Assembly (NCBI GenBank): GCA_964057225.1
Contig: OZ059895.1
Location: 6,076,001-6,140,000 of the forward strand
Origin: Auanema rhodensis
Lineage: Eukaryota > Animalia > Nematoda
Reading direction: 5' to 3'
DNA: 64,000 nucleotides
Under the pieces are notes generated by a model that did no database searches, had not been told where the DNA came from, and worked only from the letters and a program-made list of their open reading frames with translations. Every line of letters starts with the position of its first letter. The stretch's first letter is position 1. Positions 40,001-52,587 of this stretch are shown in pieces. A program made the translations under genes and the position numbers.

Positions 40001-40434
40001 GTATTGAAATTCAGAATTGTAGTTCCTACGAGTATCACTCGTCCCATCGTAATACTTTGTTTATTGAACCGTGCGTAAGCGTACATTGTAAAACACTATA
40101 AAGTGACTATGTCATGTTTATCTATTTATATTAACTTTACATAATAAATACTATTTACAATTCATGTATGACAATAGCGCTATCAATTTTTCTTTAAGTT
40201 TTGACAACATTTTCGTGTATATTTCACAAATATAATCATAATTGTAAGAACAAATATCATATTTGCATGACGCTTGCAATATGCAAATCAGGCACGCGGA
40301 CTTCCATTTCACGTAAGTCATTTCAAAGTATTTATGAGGCGTACGGCCGTATGCACCTTGGCACTTAAATCTTAAAAACTGGTGCGTTAGCTTTTTTCTT
40401 TTTAAACAATTCTTAACATTGTTCTTATAAGGTC

Positions 40435-42178
40435 ATGCCAAGCGATACTACTAATACTGAAACGCAAGATCGAGATGCTCTTTTATTTTTAAAAGATGCA
40501 ACCGAAGCGGATACTAAAATGACGTCAGAATTTTGCAATGAATTCGAGATGTCTAGATCAGAAACAGTCGTTAAGGATATGGTACAAAATCAGCAAAAAC
40601 AATTATCAGACATAATTTACAGAAAGAACAACCTGTTACTACTTGTGATCGGCTATCATTGGAATTTCATGGGTTTGTATAAGAATTTAAGACATTTTTC
40701 ATTGCATGTTCAGAATGAAAATCATGAAAACACCCGTCTCCAAAGTAATAGGAAATTCTGGTTTAGCTAATGCTAAGTATAATTGTAGGGAAAACCTGCC
40801 TCTATGAAATCAAAAATAACTTTTCATTTTTAGCTCCTCTGGGATCTCGAACAGTTCGTTCTAGTTCTTCTGTTCGAAGCGGTTTAAGACGAGCTCGCGT
40901 ATCACCACAGAGTTCTCCGAACAATACTGATGTGGTGAAAACACCAGGTGAGGAAATGACCAAACAATTGATGTAATCATCAATAACTGATAAATAATTA
41001 TAAGATGATCATGAAAATTACGATGTGAAATTGAATAAGCCGCAAGATTACAAAACTAATAATTTTAACGGAAAATCGTGCAAATGGGATTACGATTATT
41101 TGAACAATATCTCAGTGAGACCTTGTAGTGGAAATTTACAAAATATTTTTTAGAAGGGATTGATAATATATCCATTGATATATGTTTCTCCTGCTGGAAC
41201 AATTTCCGCAATATTATCCCACGATTTAATTATTGAAATGTCGGTTGATCGAAGTCTTCGTATTGTGCACCACGATCATTTTGTGGTGAATATTTTTATA
41301 CGACTAACTTCTGTAACTATTATATTTAGGCTTTCATAAACAGTTCTGGGTCTTCTTCAGCACTGTTACATCACCGAGCAAAAATTGTACATACTAAGGA
41401 TACTATATTCTCTAAATTCAGTAAGTAGTTGCAAAAAAGCGGAAGTATTGTTTTTATTTAGCTTCTACCACTGATAAAATAGCAGTACTTGACTCCGATG
41501 GGGTTCTTTTCACTATGAGCCACTTATCTGAAGCTTTTCTAATGAACAGCTTTATTAGGGGTATTGTGCTTTTTAAATTATATCTCATTAGTTGTGTTGT
41601 AGGAGTCTCCGCTATACCTGTTGACAAATTAGATTTTCCTTCTTCAATGAAAAATGACTTTACCTTAAAAATGTTTTATGCTGATGCACAAACGGGAAAT
41701 CAAGTAAATTAAGTTTGAGTAAATTTTAATTTTTTTAAATAGTTCATGATTCTTTGTAACGAGATAGTCGATCAAGCTATGCATCAACGCAAACCCGATG
41801 GAACTCTTATCATGCATGTCAATGGTAAATTATTCTTTAAAGTATGTTTCTGTATTGTTCGTTTCCAGGACTTTCCATTAAAAGTCAACCATCTGGCTAT
41901 ATAAGTATTGATAACAAAGCTCGTCATTTCTCTTATACTCCTGGCTGTGAAACTATCAATTTACGGACTTCACATGCCGATATTGGACTCCAGGTTTTTC
42001 CTTATTCCCAAGGTAAAGAAGTCCTATATTTCAGACTAATGAAAAAGCTTTTGTGAAAAGTGGTACTAAACGTGTTCATGTATCGAAATCAGGAATGGTG
42101 GTATCTGACGGCAATAGCGTTACATCCATGGATCAATTTGGGCAAATTTTATCCGGTGCATCCATTCTGCGCAGATGA
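40435..42178 (+). CDS. Uncharacterised protein: disordered N-terminus plus beta-strand-rich C-terminal domain
   Basis: A consistent chain of GT-AG exons gives YVSPAGTISAILSHDLIIEMSVDRSLRIV..SSALLHHRAKIV..DFTLKMFY..AFVKSGTKRVHVSKSGMVVSDGNSVTSMDQFGQIL. Stop TGA at 42176-42178. Confidence 0.75.
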
Positions 42179-42308
42179 TTTTTTACTCTCTGTATATAAA
42201 ATGACAATTTATTTTTAATGAGTTATAAATTTTTGTTTAAACAAAATGTATTCAAGCATGAGATAAATATTCAATATTATGAACTATAATAGCTTCCGTG
42301 TTTTAATT

Positions 42309-44460
42309 TTATGGTACATCCGCGTGCAGCGTTGTAGGGAAGTCCTTGGATTCTTCGTTATTTGCACGAATGAGAGTACCTTCCTCTTCTTTATCTCTTT
42401 CCTTTTCATCAAACTTTCGGTCTTTTTCCAGTCTCCTGGCTTCTCGAACGTCTTTCAGCATATACTTGTACCGCATTAAGCCCATCCATTTGGCAAAAGG
42501 AATAAAGCGGTCATACCTATCGAGAATCTAAAAAAAATATTTTACTTGCATAAAAACTATTTATCTTACCATGCTACTCTTAGGCGTCATCTTTAACAGA
42601 AAAAATAAGATGTATAGTAAGAAAAAGAAAAACCCTGTGACATAAAATCCGACGGCTAAGACAAAGGCTGATGGAATTGTTACGGTAAGTACGGTAACAA
42701 TCTAAATATAAAAAAATTAATTGAAAAGCAACTTTTTCTACAACTTTAAACAGCATAAGGAAGCGTTCGTTGACTGTGAGGAAATTGGAATTCGATTTTG
42801 CTTTTTTTGTCACAAACTTGCAACAAGCGTATGGAAATAAAAATAGCATAAGAACTGGGCATATAAACTTAAATTATCAATATTTGTTGTTCATTAAACT
42901 TTACTTACAAAAAAGAATGAAAACATTACGGGGATTCCAAACAATACACCTATTGGATGTACATCTCGTGCTAATCGAAATAGAAAAAATCCACGTTCCA
43001 TATCATCTGTGGAAAGATTACAGGAAGTGTTACCTAAGAGAAATGAGTTTAGTGATTAATGTTTGCTTCTACCTGCAAAATGGCTGAATCCTCTAGTAGG
43101 ACGCCCACATTGCCAACAGAATTGGGTATTACATATTATATTGGCGCATCTAACATTGTTACATCCTTCTCTTTTATAATATATTGTCTATAAAAAATAA
43201 ATATACGTATGTCTATTCTTTCACATACTCTACATGTGGGACACCGTTTAATGAATCGCTCTTGATTTTCTAGATTTGGTCCTGCTAAGCCCATAATAAT
43301 ATTATCTTTATTGTGACAATATTGCAGCCATTTTCGATGTTCTAAGGGCATGATAGCATTAAGTCCATCCTAAATAAAACACTTCGAACTGTGAATTCTA
43401 CATGAAATTGTTCCAATTCACTTCTTCATCATCTAGAACCGCATTTATGTCATTTTCATGAATTGTCTTGGGGCATGTGTCCATTAAGCATCGAATTCGA
43501 ACCTTGGCTCTCAATTGAATTTCACCCTGAATGCTCAATAAGTATAATAACTATTCGATCAAACATACCTGAACGTGCAACAACATACATGGAACGCAGA
43601 CGATATGGCCACATTTACGTAACTTAATTCTAACGCATTCGCAATCCAAACAGCTTATACAAATTGGCTAAAAGTTTCTATATTGAAAAAATAACATAAT
43701 TACTATAGGTAGTATTACAGGGCCCGTATCCTCCGGAATAACTCCAATATTACAAGAAAGATTCGACTGTAAAACAGTCATGTCTTAATTAATCTAATTA
43801 GCATGCTTAAAAATATATTTATTGTATTTGAACTCACCTCCTTGGTTAGATTTGAGATCTTTCGAAGCATCAGAATTTTTGGTCGAAAAAGAGACAGGCG
43901 TAACTGGATTATTAATTACCTATTTTTACTAGTTATAACAAATTTCATATTAGCAAGAGCTATGGAATTCGAACCACCCACTTTATTAGTTTGGAAGTCT
44001 TTAGAAATATTGACGTTGTTTGTAGAGACAGTTTTAGGTGTTACAGGGATATTAATGATCTAATGAGTTTTCAATAGTTCTTACAGTTTGAATGATTATG
44101 AATGTGTTTTTCAAATCAACCCACTTCATTAACTTTAAAATCTTTTGCCGCATTAACGTTATTGGTAGAAACAGATACAGGTGTAACTGGAGTACTAATA
44201 TCCTGGTTTTTTATTAAAATTCATTCATTATAAAATATTTACAATAATTATACCTGTGCCTTTTTGGAAATTGAGATTGCGACAGGTGGTCTGATTTTAA
44301 TTGGAGGTTTAGTCAAATTGGTTACATTCATTGGAGCATTTTGAGGTTTATTAAAATTTCCTATTAATTTGTTCTTCTCATGTGAGAAAGTGGGATTCAC
44401 GGGATTGATCTGCGCATTATTTGTATATTTTGCTTGTACAGGTCCCGCCTTTGCCTGCAT
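42309..44460 (-). CDS. Atypical RBR-type E3 ligase (RING1 + Rcat/RING2, C-terminal TM segments)
   Basis: RING1 CISCLDC..KCGHIVCVPC..IRCLMDTCP. Rcat KRCPTCR..KREGCNNVRCANIICNTQFCWQCG..H. Hydrophobic C-terminal helices and a charged tail follow. Confidence 0.8.
43838..44202 (-). repeat. Three tandemly duplicated ~78-nt exons
   Basis: Exons 44125-44202, 43982-44059 and 43838-43919 encode DISTPVTPVSVSTNNVNAAKDFKVNE / IINIPVTPKTVSTNNVNISKDFQTNK / VINNPVTPVSFSTKNSDASKDLKSNQG. Confidence 0.85.
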
Positions 44461-44483
44461 TTTAAATAATACGAATGAAAGAA

Positions 44484-44501
44484 TTCACGTGATCACGTGA
44501 A
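44484..44501. promoter_or_regulatory. 18-bp perfect palindrome containing two tandem TCACGTGA E-boxes
   Basis: TTCACGTGATCACGTGAA, 24 bp upstream of the RBR gene ATG. Confidence 0.6.
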
Positions 44502-44710
44502 AAAAATGTAATTCAAACACATATTTCGCATTTTTCATTAAGTATCTATTGCAAGTACTATTTCATTTTCTTACCATTTATCAGTATTTATTGGTAGCCA
44601 AACAAAATTGCAAAATATTCATTTTCATAACAACAAACAGAAGAATCAACAACAACAATAACAACTGAAAAAAACAATTCATTTTTCAACCAGGTCAGTC
44701 TGTAAAAAGT

Positions 44711-46988
44711 TTATATGAATTTTGATTTTTTAACGGCATGTATCACCTTCTTAGAAGACGGTTGTCTTCTTTTCTTTGGCAATCGAACTATGTTCTTTCG
44801 CTTAGGAGCATGCTTTTGTATATGATGTTTTTCGTTCCTAAACACGCATGCTTTGATATGAGTAACTTCTAAAGAATTTACCTTGAAATTTGTTTCAAGG
44901 AAAGCGTATACTCCGGAACTTCAAAGCCAGCCTGTTTAATAACAGTTGCAATAGGGCGGAGGTGCTTGAGATCAGATTCTGTGAAAAATGTTATCGCTTC
45001 CCCACGACGACCGGCTCTACCAGTTCGACCTATTATGTATTTGAATTTGTTATCAACCACGTTGTCACTCACCGACACGATGAATATAACTGACAATTGA
45101 TGTAGGAAGGTCAAAATTGATAACCATACTAACATTATTAAAATCTAAGCCACGACCAAGAAGTTCAGTACATATTAATAGCCAGATATTCCCTAATCTG
45201 AATTCCTCGACAGTTTTCTCTCTCTATAATTTTACTGATCTTAAATATTTGAGAACAAAGTCTAAACCTCTTCTGGGGATTTCTCACTACTAATAATTCC
45301 CATTGGAATACGATTTGCAAGACTGGACAGAGAGGCAAGTAATTCTCTTGCTCTTTGTTTACTCTTAAACATCATTACACGTACAATACTTTATCTATAT
45401 GAAAGGAAAATGATATTGCTCACCTGTACAAACATAAGTGCAGATGGAGTGAACTTGTTCAGCAGAATATCCTTTAATGCTACAACTTTGCCATATTCCG
45501 ACCCAGCAAAGATCAGTTTTTGGCTCACATTACTATTACTGCTATTTCTATAAATAGAGAAACAAATAAAAATCAAGCATGTATATATAATACCTAGCAC
45601 CAATGCAGACGAGTGCCATATCATTTAAGTTCTCTTTACACCTGAAAATATGTTGTTACTGGTCAAATGCTTATCATATCCTACCAGTTTTCTACTTCAT
45701 ACGAAAACGTTGCACTGAAAAAAGCTCGTCTGCAATGTGGAACATCGCAAGCTTTGTAAACCGTAGCTAGCTGATTTCAAAAAATAATTCCAACCCAAAA
45801 ACTAATTTATACCTGTGTTCTAAAGCTACGATCTTCACCTTCTACCACCTCAAATAAACGATCGCTTTCATCAACAATAAGCCATCTGAAAATGTGGTAT
45901 CAATGATTCATTCTCTTTTGCATTTTCACCTCAAGTCCTTCAAATTTGCTTTACTGAGATGGTGTACAAGGCGGTTAGGAGTTGTTACAAGAACTTCAAC
46001 TGCAATCACAAACCATCAAACGTGAAAAAAACACAATGTTACCGTTCTCTGGCAATTCATCTTTTTCAAATAATCCATAAGTAATATTCAATTCCGAACC
46101 ATATTTCACAAATTGCTTATAAGTCTGATAATGTTCGTTATTCATATACAGCTATAAAGCTATTTGACATACCTGGGATGCAAGCTCACGAGTAGGCTCT
46201 AATACAATAGCTAAGAGGTTCTTGTTTTGTGCGGCTTTTTTAGAACTCTTTTTATATCCAAGAATATCTATTAAAGTTGGTAAAACGAAGGCCAACGTTT
46301 TACCAGATCCTGCAAAATTAGTATCCACAAAATAAGCAAAAACTATACAAACCAGTAGGAGCACAGCATAATAAATTCCTTCTATTTACCATCAATGGAA
46401 TTGATTGCATTTGAATGGGTGAAGGATCCTTAATACCAAATTCATCTAAATATTTTTTAGTCTCTTTTGGCATCGTTGTTAGATCCGTGAACTCAATAAT
46501 GGGTTCAGGAATATCAGAACCCCAGACAAAAATTCTATTTAGTCGTCGAAGCTGGCTTATCTGACATAATTATTATAAAGTTATACTAAATTTTAGTTAA
46601 TACCTTTTCGTTATATTGCTTTTCAATTCTACTACTTTGTACTTCATCATCACTCTCGTCAGCCACGGGTTCCTGATTTGAGAAAATAGATATATCTGAA
46701 GAAGTATTTAGTATGGTTAAAAAATGATTATAAATATGACTAACCGGACTCTGTCTTTCTTTTCTTTGCTTTCTTTGGACATTCTTCAATAACATTTGCT
46801 GATAATTGAAGTTTCAATTTCTTCAATTCCTCTTTTATCTCTTCTGGTAGAACTTGAAGTGTGAGTTCTGAACCCTCATTGGTTTCTTGCTTAAGTAATG
46901 TCATTTATAAAAAAACAAAATGAATAACTACCTTCGCCTTAGCTTTTTTGATTCCAAATGAGAGCTTTTTGAAAATATCTCCCGGCAT
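44711..46988 (-). CDS. DDX52: DEAD-box RNA helicase DDX52/ROK1
   Basis: [59 protein letters not shown] and YIHRVGRTGRAG. The DESD motif and [12 protein letters not shown] are typical of Rok1/DDX52. Confidence 0.93.
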
Positions 46989-47260
46989 TTTCAGTATTAA
47001 AATGGCAATAAATTATGAAAAAGCACAAGCTGAAAAGCATAAAAGCTATTCGTGCTCCATAGCTAAAATTATACCGTATTTGCTAAGCATAGTACGTTAG
47101 TCCTTTAGGGACAGTTGGGAGTAGCTGCAATATAGATGTTAGCAACATGGCGAGAAAGCCTTGACCTACTTTAAATTTTTTTTGTGAAACTTGTTAAATT
47201 ATTTATAGGAATTGAATTAGTTATAGATAAATTGTAGTTTTTTTTGTATTTTCAGTGAGT

Positions 47261-48999
47261 ATGAAGACCTTTATTCTGTTGTCGTTATTACAAGCAGTTA
47301 GTTCTGTAGTTGTTCCTTTGGACAGTTCTAACATCGATGGAATTTTAAGTACGTTATTAATTCATAGAGAATATGAATCTTTTATTTTTAATCCGGTTAT
47401 TAATTAACTACTTCAGATAATAATGAGATTGTTTTTGTTAATTTTTATGCTGATTGGTGTAGATTCTCTCAGCAATTAAAACCTATTTTCCTAGAAGCAA
47501 GTGAACTTTTCAATGTAAGAATGTTCCCCCAAATGCCATATAATTTAGTTTTATAGAGTTATCCCGCGGGTAAAGTGGTTTGGGCTTCCGTTGATGCTGA
47601 CCGCCAACGTAAGATATAATTTCTTGATATTTTCCAAAAATGTTGTATTGTAGCTGCAATTGCCACAAAATATCATGTTAATAAATACCCAACCTTGAAA
47701 CTTTTCCGTAATGGGGAAATAGTTAAGAAGGAATATAGGTACATTGTCATTTATAAATATATACTTCATTCATATTTAAGAAGTCGTCGTTCTGTAGATG
47801 CATTGTCTGAGTTTGTTAATAAGCAGCTTAGCACAAGCTTGAAAATTGTTGAGAATCCAGAAGATTTAAAACAAAAGCTTGAGGTATACTAAAGTTTGTT
47901 AATTATTTTTAATGTTTTCTTAATAGGCTGGAAAACGAAACGTTATTGGTTTATTCCCTACTCTTGATACTATTTCTGCTGAGAGCTTCAAAAAAGTAAC
48001 TTCTTTTGCCTTATCAATTATTGATCCCTTTTTTTCAGATTTCATCCATCTTACGAGAAGATTGCAACTTCTTTGTAGGACAAAATCCAGGGTTTGCCGC
48101 TCAGTTGAACCAAGGGCCCAGAATTGCCTATCGTGCTCCTAATGTAAGTCAATACGTGGTATTATATATAAATATATTTTTTTAATTTAGTCCAATGATG
48201 AACAATATTTCTCTGGAAATCTAAATGATTTTGATCAAGTCAAGTAGGCTCATTTTTGATATAATGACAAATGAATTTTAATATTAGGTCATGGATTAGT
48301 GAGAAATGTATTCCTCTTGTAAGGGAAATTACTTTTGAAAATGCCGAAGAACTCACAGAGGTGTTGTTTGTTTGAGCTTCTTTTACAATGTTGATGATTA
48401 TAGGAAGGACATCCATTCTTGATTCTTTTCAAGCACCCTGATGACAAGCATAGCGAAAAAATTTTCACTGATTCTGTAATCAGAGAAATACCAGATCAAA
48501 AAGGTGACCACTGAACATTTATATCTTCATGATTGTGTATCTTTGAAAAAAAAACTTATTTTATTGATTTATAGCCTCTGTGAATTGTCTTGTCGCTGAT
48601 GGAAAGAAATTTGCCCACCCACTTCACCATTTAGGCAAAACGGAAGCTGACCTACCTGTAATTGCAATTGATTCATTCAGACATATGTATCTCTTTCCTA
48701 ACACAAACGATTTGACGTATGCTATCTTTTTTCTGATTACAGTTTTTTTTTAATTTAAGCACTCCGGGAAAACTAAGACAGTTCGTTCTTGATTTGCACA
48801 GTGGTAAGTTGCACAGAGAATTCCATCATGGACCAGATCCAGTTCAAGCTGATGAGAATCAGGTAAGTTCTTGCAAATATGATGACCAGACTATTTCTTA
48901 ATTTAGGCCCCATCTGAGACTCAACCACCTCCAAGTGTTTTTGAAAAGTTGAAACCTTCTCAAAATAGGTATACTTTATTGGATAAGGATGAGTTGTAA
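47261..48999 (+). CDS. ERP44: ER resident protein 44 (thioredoxin family)
   Basis: Signal peptide, VNFYADWCRFSQQLKPIF (CRFS motif), VREITFENAEELTEEG, HSGKLHREFHHGPDP and a C-terminal KDEL. Confidence 0.96.
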
Positions 49000-49380
49000 A
49001 AAGATTTCTAAACAAATCGTTTTCATCAGTGGCCTTTTAATCGTCTAAATAATTTATGGGAGTATTGTTACATGACAACCTAGTCCGTCGTATTGTATAA
49101 ACTTAAGTAATTTTTTTTTGTACCGAATGTTTAATAGGTTCCTGGCTTTTGATTTAAATGCCATAACTAATTTCTCTAATCTGCTTTATTACAACTGGGA
49201 TCAAGGGAAAAGAAAGCGTGTCTGTGATTTGTTGACGTAACCTTTTCTAAATGTTATTAATATTATTTTAATAAATAAAGTATTATTTTTGAAATAATTA
49301 CGTATTTCATGGGTTGCGTCCTATAATATCAGAGTTAGTTTAGTAACTTTTTAAATGAAGTTTTTGATTAGGGTTGAGCG

Positions 49381-50943
49381 ATGCATGTGGGATGTATGAC
49401 TAGCCAACTACTTAAGGGGCAGGTTATAATCAGATCTAATCTTAGGTATTTCAATTTTTCTCCTTTACCTTCTTGTTTTTTCTTTCCTCTTTAGAAAATT
49501 CTCTGTGCAGACAAGACGAAAGAAGAATGTCCCTGCATTTGCATGTGATAAGATCAAAGACATGCAGGTATATTAATTTTCCTTAGCATCACCAAATCTT
49601 TTAACAGCATGAAATTGCTGCCCAATTCGTAAATGATGCTATACCAAGATCTGTTTCAAATGAATCTGAATCACAGTTCACAGCCAATCTAGAGAGAATG
49701 GCAAAATATTATTTCGAACAAGTGAGACTTTGCCGATGGTGTTCAATTCTCATTACCTGTCCTAGGGAGGAAAAATGTTTCGACCAACAGTTGCACTTGT
49801 CATGGCTAAGGCTTGTAATTTATCGTTCGATCACTCCTCATCTTCGAGAATTTCGTAATAATGAAATCTTATTCATGAATTCTTATATTGTTACTGTTTT
49901 AGATTAGAGTGTGGCGCCGATGATATCTCATTGAATCAATATAAAATAGGTATGATTAGTGAAATGATTCATACTGCTAGTTTGGTACATGATGATGTCA
50001 TTGATGGTGCTGACACTCGACGGGGAAATGCTTCCGTTAATGCCGTTTGGGGTAATAAAATGGTAAATAACGGTGAACATTTTCAAATAATATTTTTTTA
50101 AATCTTCAAGGCAGTTTTGGTGGGTGATTTCATTCTGGCTAGAGCAACACAAGTATTGTGCTCTATCGGAAGACCTCACGTAATTTCTGTTATGGCATCA
50201 ATTATTGAAGATCTTGTATTGGTACGTTTCTTAAACAATACGTAAATGAGAATGTATGATATGCGATTTCAGGGTGAATTCATGCAGATGACAGCAAAAT
50301 CTGATACGTCTGAAGATTTACTCTCTAATTATATGCAAAAAACATATAGGAAAACAGCTAGTCTTTTTGCCAATACATGTAAAAGTGTAGCTATTTTGGC
50401 TGGTAGTTTTATTATTTGAATATTTATCTTTATACACTATTTTCTCAGAAGGAGACAATGACTTACAATTGCGTTCTTACGAATATGGGCGTCACTTAGG
50501 TTTGGCTTTTCAACTTATTGATGATCTACTGGACTTTGTTTCTTCTGCTGAAAACATGGGAAAGCCTGTCGCCACAGATCTGAAACTAGGTAATTTGTTT
50601 TCTTAATTAATTCATCATAATAAGATTTATAGGATTATCAACAGGACCCGTAATATATGCTTCTTATCAGTTCCCTGAATTGTGTACTCTAATGTCCCGC
50701 AAATTTTCGATGCCGGGAGATCCTGATTTAGCTCGTAACATTGTTTTAAACTCAGATGGTTTACAAAAAACTAAGGCATTAGCTGAGCATCATGTTAATG
50801 AAGCTATAAAATTAGTGCGTTTATCTATTATAATTGATTTCATTACCATTATATTATTTTAGGCTGGAATGTTCCCCAATGTTGATGGTGTAGCTGATGT
50901 GTTAGCTGAATTTGCTATTTCTCAATTAGATCGACAATCCTAA
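49381..50943 (+). CDS. coq-1: Polyprenyl (decaprenyl) diphosphate synthase subunit 1
   Basis: [54 protein letters not shown] and [11 protein letters not shown] (FARM/SARM motifs). Confidence 0.94.
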
Positions 50944-51728
50944 ATGTCAAATAGTTAGTACATAAAATGTAAGTAGGTTTTTCCCACTTTGGTAGAATTT
51001 TGTTGCCAATTGTCGCACAAATTAAAAACTGTTGTCAAAATTGTTTAGAATTTTATTAGAGAATACTAATGCGTATATCATTTTCATAACTTTGTTGAGA
51101 TTTTATACACTTGTCTTGTTATCCTTTTATTACTTTGTTATTCTCTATACGTGTTATTTTCAAATAGTTTGTATGCTCAACATCCACATAGTTAGTGAAT
51201 TGTGGTGCTAAATGAAAGTTATTAGATTTTAGATTTACGACTCTTCAAGTCGTTAGAACAAAATGAATAAAGTAGAATTTTTTATGTTGAATTAGTTTAG
51301 TTTCTACTCCTGGTGAGAGTTGTGACCCAATTGTTTTCAAACAGAATATGTTTACGATGAATTGATTATAAACTTTACTTTTTTTGATTTTCAATATGGA
51401 ATCATAAAGTTGAACAACTGAGAAACAGATTACGGTATTTTTTCTTAAAGGGCGGATTTGAACTAATCGTACTGCTCCATTGCTAACTTTGCAATTTTTG
51501 CCGTTTACTGAGTTTAACGTATACTAAAGCTTGGAATTTTTTTTTGTTTCAAGAAATGTGTTTATTTTATATGTTATAATAAAGTATTCTTGTATAGAAT
51601 ACAAAATATTCAACAGGGAATTTAGTTTTGTGTTTTCCTGGAGTACTTAAACTTTTCTTTTTTTTTTTAATTTAGTACAGACACGAATTTTTTGATATTT
51701 ATTTGGTTTAGCTGGGAATTGATCTAAA

Positions 51729-52381
51729 ATGCGTCTCGCTCTGAGGCTGCTTAGACCTGCTGCTAATCAAAATGTAAGAAATCCTAAACTTTGGCAAGAT
51801 CCTGTTCTTGGATATTTCGAAACTCACGGTGATCTTTAATGAAAATTATGTTAATATATGAATGTATTGCAGGAAAAACTGAGTTCGTAGCTGGACAAGA
51901 ATATAACCTTACTGACAATGAGAAGAAAGCTGTATTATGGAGATACAGAGTAAAAGAGATTCTGAAAAAAGAATACCTTCGCCGTGAATATGACCCTGCT
52001 AACTTCAAATATAAGGTTTGTATTTCTTGTTATGTACGCATATATATATAAATGGTTTAGGAAGGAGTTACCATGGATCCTGCTATGTTCAGATGGTACT
52101 CTGCTGATATGACTCAGGCTGAATTCTTCCGCTTTACTCCAAGATCTGTTCTCTTATATGTAGGTTCAGTGTTGGTTGCTTTCTACATTTACACTCGTCT
52201 TATGTTTATCTCAGGGGTAAGGAACGACTTTTAAAGAAATAATTTTATTTATATTTTAAAGGATAAGTCTAATGAGGCTTGTTTGGATGGTGAAGTATTA
52301 TGGTGGGATAGACAGCAAGGCCGTACTCTCATGACTGCCGGATCTGGTCACTTTGCTCCAACGATCGGAATCGACTTCTAA
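51729..52381 (+). CDS. nuo-6: NADH:ubiquinone oxidoreductase subunit NDUFB4/B15
   Basis: Mitochondrial presequence-like start, EYNLTDNEKKAVLWRYRVKEILKKEYLRREYDP..DPAMFRW..FRFTPRS, and a single TM segment. Confidence 0.85.
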
Positions 52382-52587
52382 TTGACCGTTATTCGAAAGT
52401 GTAGAGGGATATAGTTAGTAGATATGAAAGTCTTTTGTGACTTCTTGTATATCTAGTTATTGTATTTGTTTTAACTCAAAAAAATATAAAAATAATTTTT
52501 GCTTAAAAAGTTTTATGTCGTTATATCGCTTGAGCTATTTATCATTGCAGATCAAAAAAAATTTTGTTTATTTTATAGTTCCTAGTT

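Noticed and set aside
40290-40299. AGGCACGCGG resembling miR-124
   Set aside because: Only 10 nt match, the 3' part diverges, and there is no proper hairpin.
47138-47152. GTTAGCAAC half X-box / AACATGGCG YY1-like word in the ddx52-erp44 promoter
   Set aside because: Not a full X-box, the flanking genes are not ciliary, and it is too short to support.
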